From an uncultured candidatus Brocadiaceae bacterium (lineage in GTDB: Bacteria; Planctomycetota; Brocadiia; SM23-32), in the NCBI GenBank assembly GCA_964592385.1, contig CAZQEQ010000001.1:18236-82235 (forward strand): a stretch of 64,000 nucleotides of DNA, read 5' to 3'. The translations under genes were made by a program, and so were the position numbers. Below the pieces are notes generated by a model that had not been told where the DNA came from, made no database searches, and saw only the letters and a program-made list of their open reading frames with translations. Below are positions 37,499-47,289 of the stretch, in pieces (positions within the stretch are counted from its first letter, which is position 1; each line of letters opens with the position of its first letter).

Positions 37499-40255
37499 CT
37501 ATTCGGTCGTGCCCTCGCAAACGTATATAAACACGGACCCGGGCGGCATGCCGCCCGCGCCGCCGCCGGTATCCTCGCTGATGACCAGCCTGCCTGCGGC
37601 CAGGGCGCCTGCGGGAACGTCGCGCGACTGAATCCTGACCCTGTATTCTTCGATGTTCGTATCACGCGGGTTGCCGGTCAGGCAGTGCAGCGTGATCTTG
37701 CGTGCCCCGGCGAAAGGCAGCCGCAACGTCACCGGCGTGAAGCCGTCGCCGAAGTCCGCCCCGTCGTGCGCCCCGTCCAGCTTGCGCGACAGCACGGCGA
37801 CCATGCACGTGTCGCCGTCGCGGAAGGCGTAGCAGCCGATCAGGGGCCAGCCGTCCGCCGCGGCCCTGTCAGCCGGGCGGTTAGTCCCGCCTGTCGCCGC
37901 CAAGGACGGCCCGGACTCGATCCTGGTTTCCAGCATGTCCCCCCGGATGTACCGGTTGCGCATCGTGAGCGCCAGCCACGCGGGCGTGGGCCGCACGTCC
38001 GCCCGGATCGTGGGCGGGTGATGGCTGCTCCACGTCTTTCCCTGCAGGTGGGCATAGTAGGCCTGCCAGGTCCAGCCAAGCCTGCACGTATCCATCCAGG
38101 CGTCGAAGGCGGCGACGCCGATGGCCAGGGACTTGCCGTAGAGTTCCAGCCTCTCCTGGTGCTCGGGCGCCATGTTCCGGAAATGGAAGCCGCTCGGCCC
38201 GCTTTCGTAGGCCACCAGGTCGTAGTTGTATCCCAACTCGGCCAGTCGGGTGCGCACGGCCGATTGAGCTTCAGCGGCGGGCCGAAGGCTGGACAGGTAG
38301 CCGAGGAGGTACTTCTGGTAACCCTCGTCGGTCAGTTGCTCGTCGGCCCTCTGGCCCGTCTCCCACTTCGGGCCGACGTAGGTGGCCATCCCCAGGAAGG
38401 AGGCCGGCGGACAGCCGGCCCGCATCGCGTCCGCGCCGTAGCCGATGGGCCGCGTCTTGTCCTGCCAGTGGAAGCTGGCCGCGTAGCTGCCCCCCAGGCT
38501 GAGCAGGATCTTGCTGTCGAGCCCCTGCGATTCCCACCACGGGCTGTTCTCCATGACGTTGCCGAACAGATAACGGCCCCACAGGCCGTAGAGGACGCCG
38601 TCCTGGTTGACCCCGCCGTAGCGGCCGAACCCGATCCAATCTTCGAAGATACGGTTGTGCCAGTTCTCGTTGCCCAGCTCGATGATGATCTGGTCGAAGA
38701 CCTGCGTCCACGGCGTGCCGTCCCCGCGCTGCAGATACCGCTTGTACGCCCAGGGCTTGGCCGCCGGCGTGTCCGCCCGCGGGTCGTACGGCGCCGCCAG
38801 ATACTCGATCAGCATGAGCCATTCGTCTTCGGTGAAGTACGTGTTGATGTTCAGCCAGGGCCGCATCCGCGTGGCGGGCGAGTCCCCCGTCCTTTCCATG
38901 AAGAAGAGCGCCTCGGGCACGGTCGGGGGCGAACGGAACGTGTCGCCGAGCCTGGTCTCGTTCAGCACTGTGTCGCGGTGCCAGCCGAGTATGGACTTCA
39001 TTGAGGTCTCGGTCATGCCGCACCAGGTGCGCAGGACGCCCTTCTCTCCGGCGGCCGGCTGGCTGGACACCAGTCCGTCCACCAGCGTTTGGTTCGGGAT
39101 GAACTGGGCGTCGGCCTCCTCCGGCGTGTCGTAGCGGAGCAGGTGGCAGTTATCCATCCACAGCGTCCCCGGCCCTGTCATGCTGAAAGTGGGGCCGCTG
39201 GCCCCGCCCCTGTCCACGGGATAGCCGGGGCCGGTGAAGCGGAAGACGTGCTTCTCCCAGCGGCTTGAGACGGTGAACTCCGTCCTGACCTGCGGGTAGA
39301 CGCCGCCCAGCGAAAAGCCGACCTTGCCGCCGTTGCCCAGGCCCTCCTGCCGCAGCCACACTGAGAGACGGTACTTCCTCCCCGGGTCCAGGTAGCCGTA
39401 CCAGTCCGGCGGGTTGCTCTGAAATCCCCTGAACTTGGGCTGCCATATGGCGGCCCGGCCCTGGCCGACGTCCACGCGCAGGCACGATTCCCCGATGTCC
39501 TCCGCCTCCGGGATCAGCGCCGCCGTCGCCTCGTCGTGCGCGGCCAGCGAGAATCTGACCTCCGTGCCCGTGCCCGAGCCGTCAAGCATCCAGTACCAGG
39601 CCGCGGGCCTGGCGAGCAGAGAAGTGTCGAAATCAATCGTCCGCTTCTCGATGAACACGCCGTCGTCCTTCAGTATCCGCGGCCCGTCCTCGAGATAGAC
39701 GCGGCCCGGTCCGTCCCCCTCCACGATCCACCCGCCGTCCGGGTGGTCGGGGGCGCCCCTGGCGATGACCTTCCGGGTGCCGACGAACTCGATGTGATCG
39801 GCCTTCGTCGTGTCAATGAACGTCGTCCCGCGCCAGTCCGGCTTCTCCGTCTGGGGCAGCGGGTTCCCGTCCCTGTCCACCGCCCGGTAGATGCGCACCG
39901 TCGCACCGGACAGCATGCCGGACCTCCATTGACCCCGCGGCGACGTGCCGCGTCCGTCCAGCTCGACCCAGTTCTCTTCGGCCGCGGTCACCATGTGGAA
40001 TTTGCGGATGGACACGGGCTCGTTGCCGGAGGCCGTGACGAACCAGTGGGCGCCGCGCTTGCAGCCGTGCGTGTCGCCGAACCCCATGCAGCCCAGGGGC
40101 TTGACCCGCTCGCGGGGCACGATCACCGTGTCCGTGACGACGACCTGCGCCGGCGCGTTCGGGTCGCCCGTTGCGGCGGACGCCGTCGCGGGCCCGGCCA
40201 GGAGAATCCATCCAGCGGTCCAGATAAGCCCGAATCCCACTATTCTTCCGTTCAC
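37499..40255 (-). CDS. secreted glycoside hydrolase, GH51-like/clan GH-A (paralogue of 41539-43953)
   Basis: Signal peptide ILLAGPATASA. LMLIEYLAAPYDP...PWTQVFDQIIIELGNENWH matches the pattern of arabinofuranosidase-type EYxN...GNE acid/base regions. Confidence 0.6.
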   Translation of the reverse strand: MNGRIVGFGLIWTAGWILLAGPATASAATGDPNAPAQVVVTDTVIVPRERVKPLGCMGFGDTHGCKRGAHWFVTASGNEPVSIRKFHMVTAAEENWVELDGRGTSPRGQWRSGMLSGATVRIYRAVDRDGNPLPQTEKPDWRGTTFIDTTKADHIEFVGTRKVIARGAPDHPDGGWIVEGDGPGRVYLEDGPRILKDDGVFIEKRTIDFDTSLLARPAAWYWMLDGSGTGTEVRFSLAAHDEATAALIPEAEDIGESCLRVDVGQGRAAIWQPKFRGFQSNPPDWYGYLDPGRKYRLSVWLRQEGLGNGGKVGFSLGGVYPQVRTEFTVSSRWEKHVFRFTGPGYPVDRGGASGPTFSMTGPGTLWMDNCHLLRYDTPEEADAQFIPNQTLVDGLVSSQPAAGEKGVLRTWCGMTETSMKSILGWHRDTVLNETRLGDTFRSPPTVPEALFFMERTGDSPATRMRPWLNINTYFTEDEWLMLIEYLAAPYDPRADTPAAKPWAYKRYLQRGDGTPWTQVFDQIIIELGNENWHNRIFEDWIGFGRYGGVNQDGVLYGLWGRYLFGNVMENSPWWESQGLDSKILLSLGGSYAASFHWQDKTRPIGYGADAMRAGCPPASFLGMATYVGPKWETGQRADEQLTDEGYQKYLLGYLSSLRPAAEAQSAVRTRLAELGYNYDLVAYESGPSGFHFRNMAPEHQERLELYGKSLAIGVAAFDAWMDTCRLGWTWQAYYAHLQGKTWSSHHPPTIRADVRPTPAWLALTMRNRYIRGDMLETRIESGPSLAATGGTNRPADRAAADGWPLIGCYAFRDGDTCMVAVLSRKLDGAHDGADFGDGFTPVTLRLPFAGARKITLHCLTGNPRDTNIEEYRVRIQSRDVPAGALAAGRLVISEDTGGGAGGMPPGSVFIYVCEGTTE

Positions 40256-40295
40256 CTTCGCTCCCTTCTTCTTTGTCCGCGGGACGCCTCTGTGA

Positions 40296-41351
40296 TCACC
40301 TCGGGGCCGGGCCGGTGCTCTGGCGGATCACGAGTTGGGCGGGGATGCACTCGCGATGCCCGGGCCGCACGGCCGGCTCGCCCTGCGCCTCCACGATCCG
40401 GACGGCCAGCTCTGCCGCCCGCCTGCCTATCGCTTCCAGCATGTGGCTGACCACGGTCATGGGCGGCCAGGCCACGCAGGCATAGATGTCGTCGAAGCCG
40501 ACGACCGAGACGTCCCGGGGAATGCGCATGCCCAGGCCGCCCAGTGCGGCGTAGGCGCCAAACGCGATGCTTTCGTCGTAGCAGACGAGGGCGGTGAAAT
40601 CCGCCCCGGCCCGCGCGCATTCGCTGACCGCCTCGCGCGCCAGCGATATCTGTCGGGTCAAGCTGGCCGGGTCCGCGTCGAAGACACGCTCGACGCCCAG
40701 CTCCCGGCCCTCGAGCCCCAGGCTCCCCACCGCCTCCCAGAAGGCCCGTGCGCGCCGCCCGACGGACGGATGGGGGGCGCCCGACGGGAAGACCCACAGC
40801 AGGCGCCGGTGCCCCAGGCCCGCCAGGTGCCCGACCGCCTCCGCGATGCCGTGGGCGTCGTCCAGGTCCACGACGGGCAGGTCCGTCTGCTCTGAAACGC
40901 TGGCCAGGATGACCGGCGCCTGGACGCCGTCGAGCGCTTCGGGCAGCCCGGAGCCGACGGCAAACCGGGGGACGATCAGGGCGTCAATACGCCGCTCCCG
41001 CAGGAACCGGAGCCCGACCTCGATGCCCCCCGACCCCGGCACCGCCCCGATGGTGACGAAGTGGTAACCCATGTGCCGCACGCCGGCCATGACGCCGTCA
41101 ATCATCTGGAACCAGAAGGGCACGCCAGCTTCGGCGGCGCAATGCAGCACCATGCCGATGGCGTTGGCCCTTCCGGTCTGCAGGCTGCGGGCGAGGTAGT
41201 TGGGGCTGTACGCGAGCCTGCGGGCGGCAGCCCGGACGCGACGGATGCAATCGGGGGTGAACAGCCGGGCGGCCTGCGGGTCGTTGAGGATCTTGCTGAC
41301 CGTGCCTATGCTGACGCCGGCCTTCCGGGCCACGTCCTTGAGCCGGGCCAT
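40296..41351 (-). CDS. LacI family transcriptional regulator
   Basis: MARLKDVARKAGVSIGTVSKILN forms the HTH, followed by a periplasmic-binding-protein-like sugar-binding core. ATG at 41351. Confidence 0.92.
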   Translation of the reverse strand: MARLKDVARKAGVSIGTVSKILNDPQAARLFTPDCIRRVRAAARRLAYSPNYLARSLQTGRANAIGMVLHCAAEAGVPFWFQMIDGVMAGVRHMGYHFVTIGAVPGSGGIEVGLRFLRERRIDALIVPRFAVGSGLPEALDGVQAPVILASVSEQTDLPVVDLDDAHGIAEAVGHLAGLGHRRLLWVFPSGAPHPSVGRRARAFWEAVGSLGLEGRELGVERVFDADPASLTRQISLAREAVSECARAGADFTALVCYDESIAFGAYAALGGLGMRIPRDVSVVGFDDIYACVAWPPMTVVSHMLEAIGRRAAELAVRIVEAQGEPAVRPGHRECIPAQLVIRQSTGPAPR

Positions 41352-41397
41352 GCGAGGAACTCCGAAGATGCGGGAGGAAGGGCGTCTTCCCGAGTTA

Positions 41398-41411
41398 TGC
41401 AAACGTTTTCA
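41398..41411. promoter_or_regulatory. candidate LacI-family operator (TGCAAACGTTTTCA)
   Basis: A near-palindrome matching the LacI/GalR-type core TGnAAACGTTTnCA, 47 nt upstream of the lacI-family start. Confidence 0.5.
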
Positions 41412-41538
41412 TAATCCTACCGTTTCGCCTTCCCCTTGTCAAGGCGAGTCACACCCGGGCCGCTTGCGTTCGCACTAACCCCACAAGAGGAGAGCGCACA
41501 CCAGCAGGGATCCAAGCGCCACCATCGTGAGCCTCCTT

Positions 41539-43953
41539 TTACTGTGTGCGCCACTGGAGGGCCACCATCGAGAACGGGGGCAGTTGCATCGCCCGGCCGG
41601 AGGCGAAACCGCCTATCTCCTCCCGGCGCACGTCCACCTGCGGCTCGCCCGCGCCGGGCTCGTTCGTGGCCGTGATCTCATCCGCCGTCAGCCACCAGGC
41701 CGTCGCGGCGCCGCCGACAACCGCTCCCGGAAACACGAGCCTGACCGAACGGGCGTGCTGCGTGTCCAGGTTGAACAGCACCAGCCCGCGTCGCCCCCCC
41801 TCCTTGAAGGCGTAGCTCCACAGAACCGGGATGCCCGAGTAGGTCTGCTCGCGGCCCCGGTTATCCTCGAAGCGCCCGGTGGCGGAGAAGGTCGGATTCT
41901 GCCCGCTGTGGACCGTCTCGACCACGTCGCCGCCGATCACGTCGTTGGCGATCTCCGCGGCCAGGAACAGCGGCCGATACCGCTGGTCCTGCACGTTGAT
42001 GCCCGGCACAAAGCCCCACAGGGGGATGCCGTAGAAGCCCTTCTGGTTCAGGTTGAACAGGCACTGCGTGCGGATGCCGCGCTCGCGCATCATCAGCAGC
42101 GAGTCATTGATGATGTTGAGCCCACCGCCGATGGACGTGATGATCTTGACCCGCGTCTCCATCGGCACCGCGCCCTCCTCGCCGGGCCGCGGGTTGGTAA
42201 TGTGGAACTGGTGCTCGTAGATGGAGAGACCCTTGCCGGCCGCCTGCGTCAACTCGTAGTGCCGGCGCACGTTCCCGGCCGGCTCCAACACCCGACGGAT
42301 CGTGTAAGCGAAGACCCAACGGAACAGGTCGTCGTCCGTCTTGAGGTGCTCGACGTGCTCCTGCCGCGTGCCGTTCATCAGGTACGGCGCGATGGCGACG
42401 CGGTCGGCGTTCGGCACGTCTTTCAGCACGCTCTGCGTCACATAGGTGCTGCCCGCCTGCGAGCCGGCGACGAAGACGATGTTCGGCCTGTAGTGCGGCG
42501 AACTCTTGCCCACGGCCATCATGTCCTTCCAGTGGTCCGGACCGTTGAACGAGCCGGTGGCATAGCCGCCCGGATTCCACGCCTCGTTGCCGAACTCGAC
42601 GTAGATGTGCTCGAAGACCTCGGTCCAGGGCTGCGGGTGGCCGAGTTCCGCGCGCACCTTTCCGTAGCCGGCGTCTGCCGGCGCGCCGAGGTACTCCATC
42701 AGGATGTCGACCTCGTCCGGGTGCAGCGTGCCGGGCACGCAGTACCAGGGCTCGGCGCCCACGTACTCGCAGAGCACGTAGTAATCGTGCAGGTTGAACC
42801 GGTATTCGGACGCGTTGTTGCGCCCGTCCATCACCAGGTTGGCAAAGCTGCGCGTCCAGCCATACTGCTGCAGCCGCGGCCGCAGGTTGTTCTCCAGGTT
42901 GCTGCCGCCCATCTGGAGGTGGCGCAGGACGCCCGGCTTCAGCCGCTTGAGCAGGTCCACCAGGGGGTCGCGGAACGGCGTCGGGTTCCGGTGCTCCTCC
43001 TCCTTCCAGATGACGACGTCGTCCACCAGCACCTCGCCGTCGGAGGCGACCAGCCGGATCGTGACGTTCTTGCCCTCGCGGAGCCCCTCCACCTCGATGG
43101 CCAGGTCGTGCTGGCGCCATTCCGGGCCGACCTCGACGGGCACGTCGGGGACGTCCTCGACGGAGACGCGGAACTTCGGCCGCCCGGCCTTCGCCTTCGC
43201 CCAGAACTCGATGCGCCACGTTCCGGCCTGCTCGGCCTGGCTTGCCCACATCGGCACGAAGGTGTAGTGGGCCGGCGCCTCCGCCCCGCGCAGGTGCAGT
43301 GCGGCGCAGCCGAACGAGCCGGGCGGCACGTCGCCGACGGCGGCCGTGTTCCCCTCCGTGTTCCAGAACTCCCGGTTGCTGCTCTCTTTGATGCTGCCCT
43401 GGTCGAGGTTATCGTATTCGAGGAGGATGCCGTTCTTGTGGCTGTCGGATGGCGGCACCTGCTTGTCGAAGACGACGTAGGCCAGCTTCGGCTTCCGCTG
43501 GTCGCGCTCGTGCACGCGCCACTGGACCTCCTTGACGAGCCCGGTCGTGCCCTTCGCCGGCCCGCCGAGGATGGTGTACCTCACCCTGCCCTTCATGGCC
43601 TCCCACGCCTCCTCGGCCGGCGTGAACCAGAGCATCACGCCGTTCTCGTCCTGGACGGGTCCCCACGAGATCATCCTGTACATGATGCCCTCGAAGTTCT
43701 CCGCCGCGCGGACCTTGACGATCCCGCTGTCCCAGTAGTTGTCGCCGCAGGTGTTGATCCCCAGGCGCATGGTGTCCTCGACGAGGACGTTATCCGTGAC
43801 CTCGACGGTCGTCACGTCGGGTATCGGCTCCTCCTTCACCGGCGCGCCCTCGACAGGCGCGGCACAACCGCTGCTCATCGCGAGCACCGACACGACAGCC
43901 AGCAGGAACAGCCCCCGGCCCGTCCACCGAAACCGTTTCTTCCCTCTGTTCAT
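41539..43953 (-). CDS. glycoside hydrolase lipoprotein, GH51-like/clan GH-A
   Basis: MNRGKKRFRWTGRGLFLLAVVSVLAMSSGC contains a lipobox. VDILMEYLGAPADAGYGKVRAELGHPQPWTEVFEHIYVEFGNEAWNPG is present. The ATG at 43953 follows GAGAGGGGTGGGA. Confidence 0.62.
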   Translation of the reverse strand: MNRGKKRFRWTGRGLFLLAVVSVLAMSSGCAAPVEGAPVKEEPIPDVTTVEVTDNVLVEDTMRLGINTCGDNYWDSGIVKVRAAENFEGIMYRMISWGPVQDENGVMLWFTPAEEAWEAMKGRVRYTILGGPAKGTTGLVKEVQWRVHERDQRKPKLAYVVFDKQVPPSDSHKNGILLEYDNLDQGSIKESSNREFWNTEGNTAAVGDVPPGSFGCAALHLRGAEAPAHYTFVPMWASQAEQAGTWRIEFWAKAKAGRPKFRVSVEDVPDVPVEVGPEWRQHDLAIEVEGLREGKNVTIRLVASDGEVLVDDVVIWKEEEHRNPTPFRDPLVDLLKRLKPGVLRHLQMGGSNLENNLRPRLQQYGWTRSFANLVMDGRNNASEYRFNLHDYYVLCEYVGAEPWYCVPGTLHPDEVDILMEYLGAPADAGYGKVRAELGHPQPWTEVFEHIYVEFGNEAWNPGGYATGSFNGPDHWKDMMAVGKSSPHYRPNIVFVAGSQAGSTYVTQSVLKDVPNADRVAIAPYLMNGTRQEHVEHLKTDDDLFRWVFAYTIRRVLEPAGNVRRHYELTQAAGKGLSIYEHQFHITNPRPGEEGAVPMETRVKIITSIGGGLNIINDSLLMMRERGIRTQCLFNLNQKGFYGIPLWGFVPGINVQDQRYRPLFLAAEIANDVIGGDVVETVHSGQNPTFSATGRFEDNRGREQTYSGIPVLWSYAFKEGGRRGLVLFNLDTQHARSVRLVFPGAVVGGAATAWWLTADEITATNEPGAGEPQVDVRREEIGGFASGRAMQLPPFSMVALQWRTQ

Positions 43954-43981
43954 CGTCCCACCCCTCTCTTGTGCCGTTGCC

Positions 43982-45013
43982 TCAGTCTCCGCCCGCGCCG
44001 GGCGTCGGACCGACCTCGCCCGCCTCCAACATGCTCGCCAAGGCGGAGTCCTGCGCCTGGAGCGGCAGGTCAATGCGCGCCCGCCGCCGGCTGGACTCAT
44101 AAATCGCAAAGACCACTTCCGTCGCGCGCAGGGCCTTCCGCGCGCTCAGCTCGGGCTCCTCGCCGCTCTCCAGGCAGTCCACCAGGTTCCTGAACACGCC
44201 CGGCATTGGGCTGCCTTCCTCGACCTCGGGCGGCTGCCACTGCGGCTCGTCGTAAACCACCGCCCGGCCGTAGGAACCGTCCCACGCCACCTCGATGAAC
44301 CCGCTGCTGCCGATCAGGCGCACGCCGGTCCCGATTTCTTTGTCGTCCCCGACGTGGATCGTCGCCCGGACCCCGTTCTCGAACCGGAACATCCCGACCG
44401 CCATGAACTCGCACGGCGTGTTGAACCACGACCGGACCTGCCGGGCGTCAATCTGCCCGATGGCCCACTGCACCGGCCCGTCGCCGTTATACATGATCCC
44501 GAGGTCTATGCTGTGCGTGCCGCAGTCCAGCAGGTGGGCGGGGGCGAACAGGTCCATCCGCTCCAGCGTCCCGAAGCGGCCCTCGTCCAGCATCTCCTTC
44601 GCCTTCACGATGCCGGGCGTGAAGCGGCGCTGGTGATTGAAGGTCAGTTGCGTCCCGGCTTCCTGGAAGGCGGTCGCCAGCTCGACGGACTCGCCCCAGC
44701 TCGGCGCCACAGGCTTCTCGCAGTGGACGGCCTTCACGCTTGCCTGCGCGCACTCGACGCTCACCGGCCCGTGCAGCTCTGGCCAGAGGCAGACGCTCAC
44801 GATGTCCGGCGATTCCCCCTCGAGCATCTTGCGGTAATCGGTGTAAACCGTTGCCGCGCCCAGCCCGTGCTCTTCGGCGAAGGCGCGCGCCTTGGGCTCG
44901 TCAACGTCAACAAGGGCGACGACCTCGCAGCGCGGCTCGGCCAGGTAGCCCTCCGCGTGGAGGCCCGCGATCCTCCCACAACCGATGATTGCGGCCCGGT
45001 AGTCTGCACTCAT
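43982..45013 (-). CDS. Gfo/Idh/MocA family oxidoreductase
   Basis: MSADYRAAIIGCGRIAGLHAEGY Rossmann fold and HCEKPVA. The ATG at 45013 shares one nucleotide with the TGA of the upstream gene. Confidence 0.88.
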   Translation of the reverse strand: MSADYRAAIIGCGRIAGLHAEGYLAEPRCEVVALVDVDEPKARAFAEEHGLGAATVYTDYRKMLEGESPDIVSVCLWPELHGPVSVECAQASVKAVHCEKPVAPSWGESVELATAFQEAGTQLTFNHQRRFTPGIVKAKEMLDEGRFGTLERMDLFAPAHLLDCGTHSIDLGIMYNGDGPVQWAIGQIDARQVRSWFNTPCEFMAVGMFRFENGVRATIHVGDDKEIGTGVRLIGSSGFIEVAWDGSYGRAVVYDEPQWQPPEVEEGSPMPGVFRNLVDCLESGEEPELSARKALRATEVVFAIYESSRRRARIDLPLQAQDSALASMLEAGEVGPTPGAGGD

Positions 45014-45948
45014 CAAGCCTGCTCCTCCATTGCGCGTGGCCCGGGGCCAGTCCTGTCAGCCCCGGCACCCGCCTGCGATTGGTCCCTGTACATCTGCCAG
45101 AAAAGGATCCACGGGTCGAGCAGAACGGTCCCGTCCTCGTCACGAATCATGAAGTCGAAATGGCTGTGGTCCACGACGCCCGAGTGCACGCCGGCGCCGA
45201 CGGCGAACTGCTCGCCCTTCGGGATCGGCTCGTGCTCGGGGACGGTGAGCGCCGTCATGTGACGCGCCTCGATGATCCACTCCGAGCCGTCCGGCCAGCG
45301 ATGGAAGCCGCGCCACCGGTTGTTGTTGTGGCCCATCGCCAGGCTGTTGAACAGGAAGTGGTCGTCCACGTCCAGCGGCGCCCAGAGAGGCGTGCCCTTC
45401 GGGTGATTGATGTCGAGACCCCCGTGCGCGGAGGCGCCGTGGTAGGCGCCCATCCAGCAGTCCTCCCCCCGGTAGCACTGCTCGATCTTCAGCCCGCCCT
45501 CGGGCAGCGGGCACCACGGGTGCAGCATCTCGGGGCAGATGCGCCTGCTCGCCTCCTGGAGCGCGAAGCGCGCGTCCTTGCCCGGGCGGCACTCGCCGTG
45601 GGTCTCGGTCAGGAAGCTGAAGATGTCGTCCACGGCGTCGAACCAGATCCGGAGCCCCTTGATCTCCCACGGCTCGTAGAAGCTCTTCTGCGTCGCCACC
45701 TCGCGCTCCAGTTCGTGGGGCTCGCCGTCCACGGTGATCCGGCACGAGAAGCGGTAGTTCGTGACGGCGCCCTCTTCCTCGACCATCAGGGTCTTGAGCG
45801 TCGTCTCGGTGATCTCCGCCGAGGTCTCGTCAAGCGTTATCCGCCTGACGCTCCCGTCGGAGAGGCAGAATTCCAACGTCTCTCCCAGGTTCAGCTCGAC
45901 GGCGACCAGAGTGTCCCTGGCCGCCTTGCGCAGCACCTTGCCCGCCAT
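45013..45948 (-). CDS. hypothetical protein with M23/LytM-like zinc-ligand motifs, no signal peptide
   Basis: AHGGLD fits HxxxD and DHSHFDF fits HxH, with typical order and spacing. The ATG at 45948 follows GGCAGGAGGAGG. Confidence 0.5.
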   Translation of the reverse strand: MAGKVLRKAARDTLVAVELNLGETLEFCLSDGSVRRITLDETSAEITETTLKTLMVEEEGAVTNYRFSCRITVDGEPHELEREVATQKSFYEPWEIKGLRIWFDAVDDIFSFLTETHGECRPGKDARFALQEASRRICPEMLHPWCPLPEGGLKIEQCYRGEDCWMGAYHGASAHGGLDINHPKGTPLWAPLDVDDHFLFNSLAMGHNNNRWRGFHRWPDGSEWIIEARHMTALTVPEHEPIPKGEQFAVGAGVHSGVVDHSHFDFMIRDEDGTVLLDPWILFWQMYRDQSQAGAGADRTGPGPRAMEEQA

Positions 45949-46056
45949 ACGCCTCCTCCTGCCAAGTGGACCCGCCACTGCACACGCCAACGCGCCATTC
46001 TACCGCCTTTCCGGCGGCGTTGCCCGTGCCCGGCCGGCGGCACAGACGGGGCCACC

Positions 46057-47175
46057 TCACGTCGCGGCCAGCACCTCCCCCAGAGCCGCGAGTACCAGGA
46101 CGACGTTCCGCCGGGTGGCGCTGTGCCCCATCAGGCCGATGCGCCATGCCTTGCCCTTGAAAGCCCCCAGCCCGCTGCCTATCTCGATGCCGTAGTCCCG
46201 CAGGAGCCTCGCCCTGGCCGGCGCGTCCTCAACCCCTTCCGGTATGGAGACGGCATTCAGCATGGGCAGGTGATGGCCCTCTTGGCTGACGTACCGGAGG
46301 CCGAGTTCCTCCAGGCCGCCGCGCAGGAGCTGGTGCATCTCGTGGTGCCGCTGCCAGCGGGCCTCCAGGCCCTCTTCGAGCACCAGCCGCAGGGCCTCGT
46401 GCAGGCCGTACAGCATGTTAATGGGGGCCGTGTGATGGTAAACGCGCTCGCTGCCCCAGTATTTGCGCACCATCGTCAGGTCGAGATACCAGCTCTGCAC
46501 CTTGGACTCGCGCGCTTCGAGCCGCGCGATGGCGTGGTCTGAGAGCGTGACGGGCGCGAGGCCCGGCGGGCAGGAGAGGCACTTCTGCGTGCCGCTGTAA
46601 GCCGCGTCTATGCCCCACTCGTCCACCTCGACGGGCATCCCGCCCAAGCTGGTCACGCAGTCCACGAGCAGCAGCGCGCCGCGCTCGTGGGCCGCTTCGC
46701 CAAGTGCGTCAACGGGCTGACGCACGCCGGTCGAGGTCTCCGCGTGGACGACCGCCACGACCTGCGGCCGGACGCGGTCCAGCGCGGCGACGATCTCTTC
46801 CTGCTCGAACGCCTCGCCCCACGGCCTGTCAATCCTGTGCACGTCCGCCCCGCAGCGTCCGGCCACGTCCACCATCCGCTCCCCGAAGACACCGTTGACA
46901 CAAACGAGCACGCGGTCGCCCGACTCCAGCAGGTTCACGAAGATCGTCTCCATGCCGGCCGATCCGGTCCCGCTCATCGGCAGGGTCAGCGAGTTGCGCG
47001 TCCTGAACACCAGGCGCAGCGCCGCGCACAGGTCGTCCATGATCCGCATGAACGCCGGGTCCATGTGGCCGAGCGTCGGCCGCGCCATGGCGGCGAGCAC
47101 GCCGGGCGGCACGTTGCTCGGCCCCGGCCCCATCAGGATCCGTTCCGGCGTCTGCATCGTTTCACCCACAGCCAT
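46057..47175 (-). CDS. class V aminotransferase (serine-pyruvate/alanine-glyoxylate type)
   Basis: [18 protein letters not shown] and the PLP lysine region [14 protein letters not shown]. The ATG at 47175 follows GGGAGCGAGGG. Confidence 0.87.
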   Translation of the reverse strand: MAVGETMQTPERILMGPGPSNVPPGVLAAMARPTLGHMDPAFMRIMDDLCAALRLVFRTRNSLTLPMSGTGSAGMETIFVNLLESGDRVLVCVNGVFGERMVDVAGRCGADVHRIDRPWGEAFEQEEIVAALDRVRPQVVAVVHAETSTGVRQPVDALGEAAHERGALLLVDCVTSLGGMPVEVDEWGIDAAYSGTQKCLSCPPGLAPVTLSDHAIARLEARESKVQSWYLDLTMVRKYWGSERVYHHTAPINMLYGLHEALRLVLEEGLEARWQRHHEMHQLLRGGLEELGLRYVSQEGHHLPMLNAVSIPEGVEDAPARARLLRDYGIEIGSGLGAFKGKAWRIGLMGHSATRRNVVLVLAALGEVLAAT

Positions 47176-47289
47176 CCCTCGCTCCCTTGACAGTTCTCCG
47201 ACGCCCGACCCTCCGGCCCGGGACCATCCCGGACTCCGCAGGACCGGTTCTGCGCGGCGCGTCGCGCCCTCTCCGGCGCCGGGCGGCCG

